The notes beneath the pieces were generated by a model. The model did not search any database, was not told the DNA's origin, and worked only from the letters and a program-made list of their open reading frames with translations. DNA of 62,878 bases, counting the filler, from Sphacelaria rigidula (taxonomy: Eukaryota), in the NCBI GenBank assembly GCA_964200075.2. It is 5 parts of 5 records of this genome, joined end to end, with 100 filler letters (N's around TTAATTAATTAA, not from the genome) between each part and the next. Parts side by side here need not be neighbours in the genome. Positions count along the whole stretch, not along the records: positions 50,385 to 62,878 come from CAXNAA020003699.1; 4 more parts are not named here. One strand, 5' to 3'. The translations under genes were made by a program, and so were the position numbers. How positions within the stretch are numbered: position 1 is the first letter of the stretch; each line of letters opens with the position of its first letter. Shown here one piece after another: positions 62,478-62,878 of the stretch.

Positions 62478-62603
62478 CTCCGTCGTGATGAGGTCCACCT
62501 TGTAGTCGTCTCTGTCGGCTCGCAGCGCCCGGTTGTCGTCGTACAGCTGCTCCCTCTCCATGCCTCTGAGGAATAACTCCAAGGTGAGGGCATCGCTGAT
62601 CTC
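62478..62603 (-). CDS. Upstream exon of the coiled-coil protein
   Basis: acacag|EISDALTLELFLRGMEREQLYDDNRALRADRDDYKVDLITTE|gtacga; 126 bp, phase 0-0. Confidence 0.78.
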
Positions 62604-62878
62604 CTGTGTTTGTTTCCAAGTATGCGAAGGCAACTAGGGCATGTCACCAACACGTGATGGAATCGCTCAGGTTTCGCATGTTTTCCCGTACGGGGGGGAG
62701 GGGGTAGTTGCCTCGCATGGTGCACCCCGGTAGCTGTGCGACAAGTGATCCACAGTGTGTGCCCTCGAGAGTCCCGGAGCATCATGGGGCCGGAGAGGCC
62801 GGAGAGGCGCGCGGGGTGTACTCATGATCATGCTTGCCATAGTCATCAGACCATTGACCTCGCATCCCTACAAAGCCG

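Overview
This is eukaryotic, repeat-rich nuclear DNA, most likely from a brown alga (Phaeophyceae). That is inferred from the short GT-AG exons in multi-kb TE-filled introns, a flagellar CFAP206 exon and the repeat types. The window is not one locus. It is five unrelated, length-sorted contigs (12498, 12496, 12495, 12495 and 12494 bp) joined by artificial N44-TTAATTAATTAA-N44 linkers. Retroelements: a full-length degenerate Ty1/copia, a chromodomain Ty3/gypsy nested in the LTR of a second copia, a third gag fragment, two tRNA-derived SINE families and LINE-like 3' tails. There are also many MITE/foldback elements. Host genes are partial: one CFAP206 exon, four exons of a beta-repeat surface-type protein, four exons of a possible USP47/USP40-like protein and two exons of a coiled-coil protein. 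Most notable: (i) relics resembling Academ (AcademX-type) transposases, with an XPG H3TH motif plus Cys-rich finger on one contig and a possible catalytic N-terminal part on another; (ii) several unrelated non-autonomous DNA elements sharing 5'-AAC...GTT-3' termini and variable 4-bp TSDs, three of them complete palindromes; (iii) a chromovirus with no tRNA PBS but a U5-leader hairpin; (iv) a ~140-bp repeat present in circularly permuted copies. All homology calls are by motif recognition only; no searches were run.
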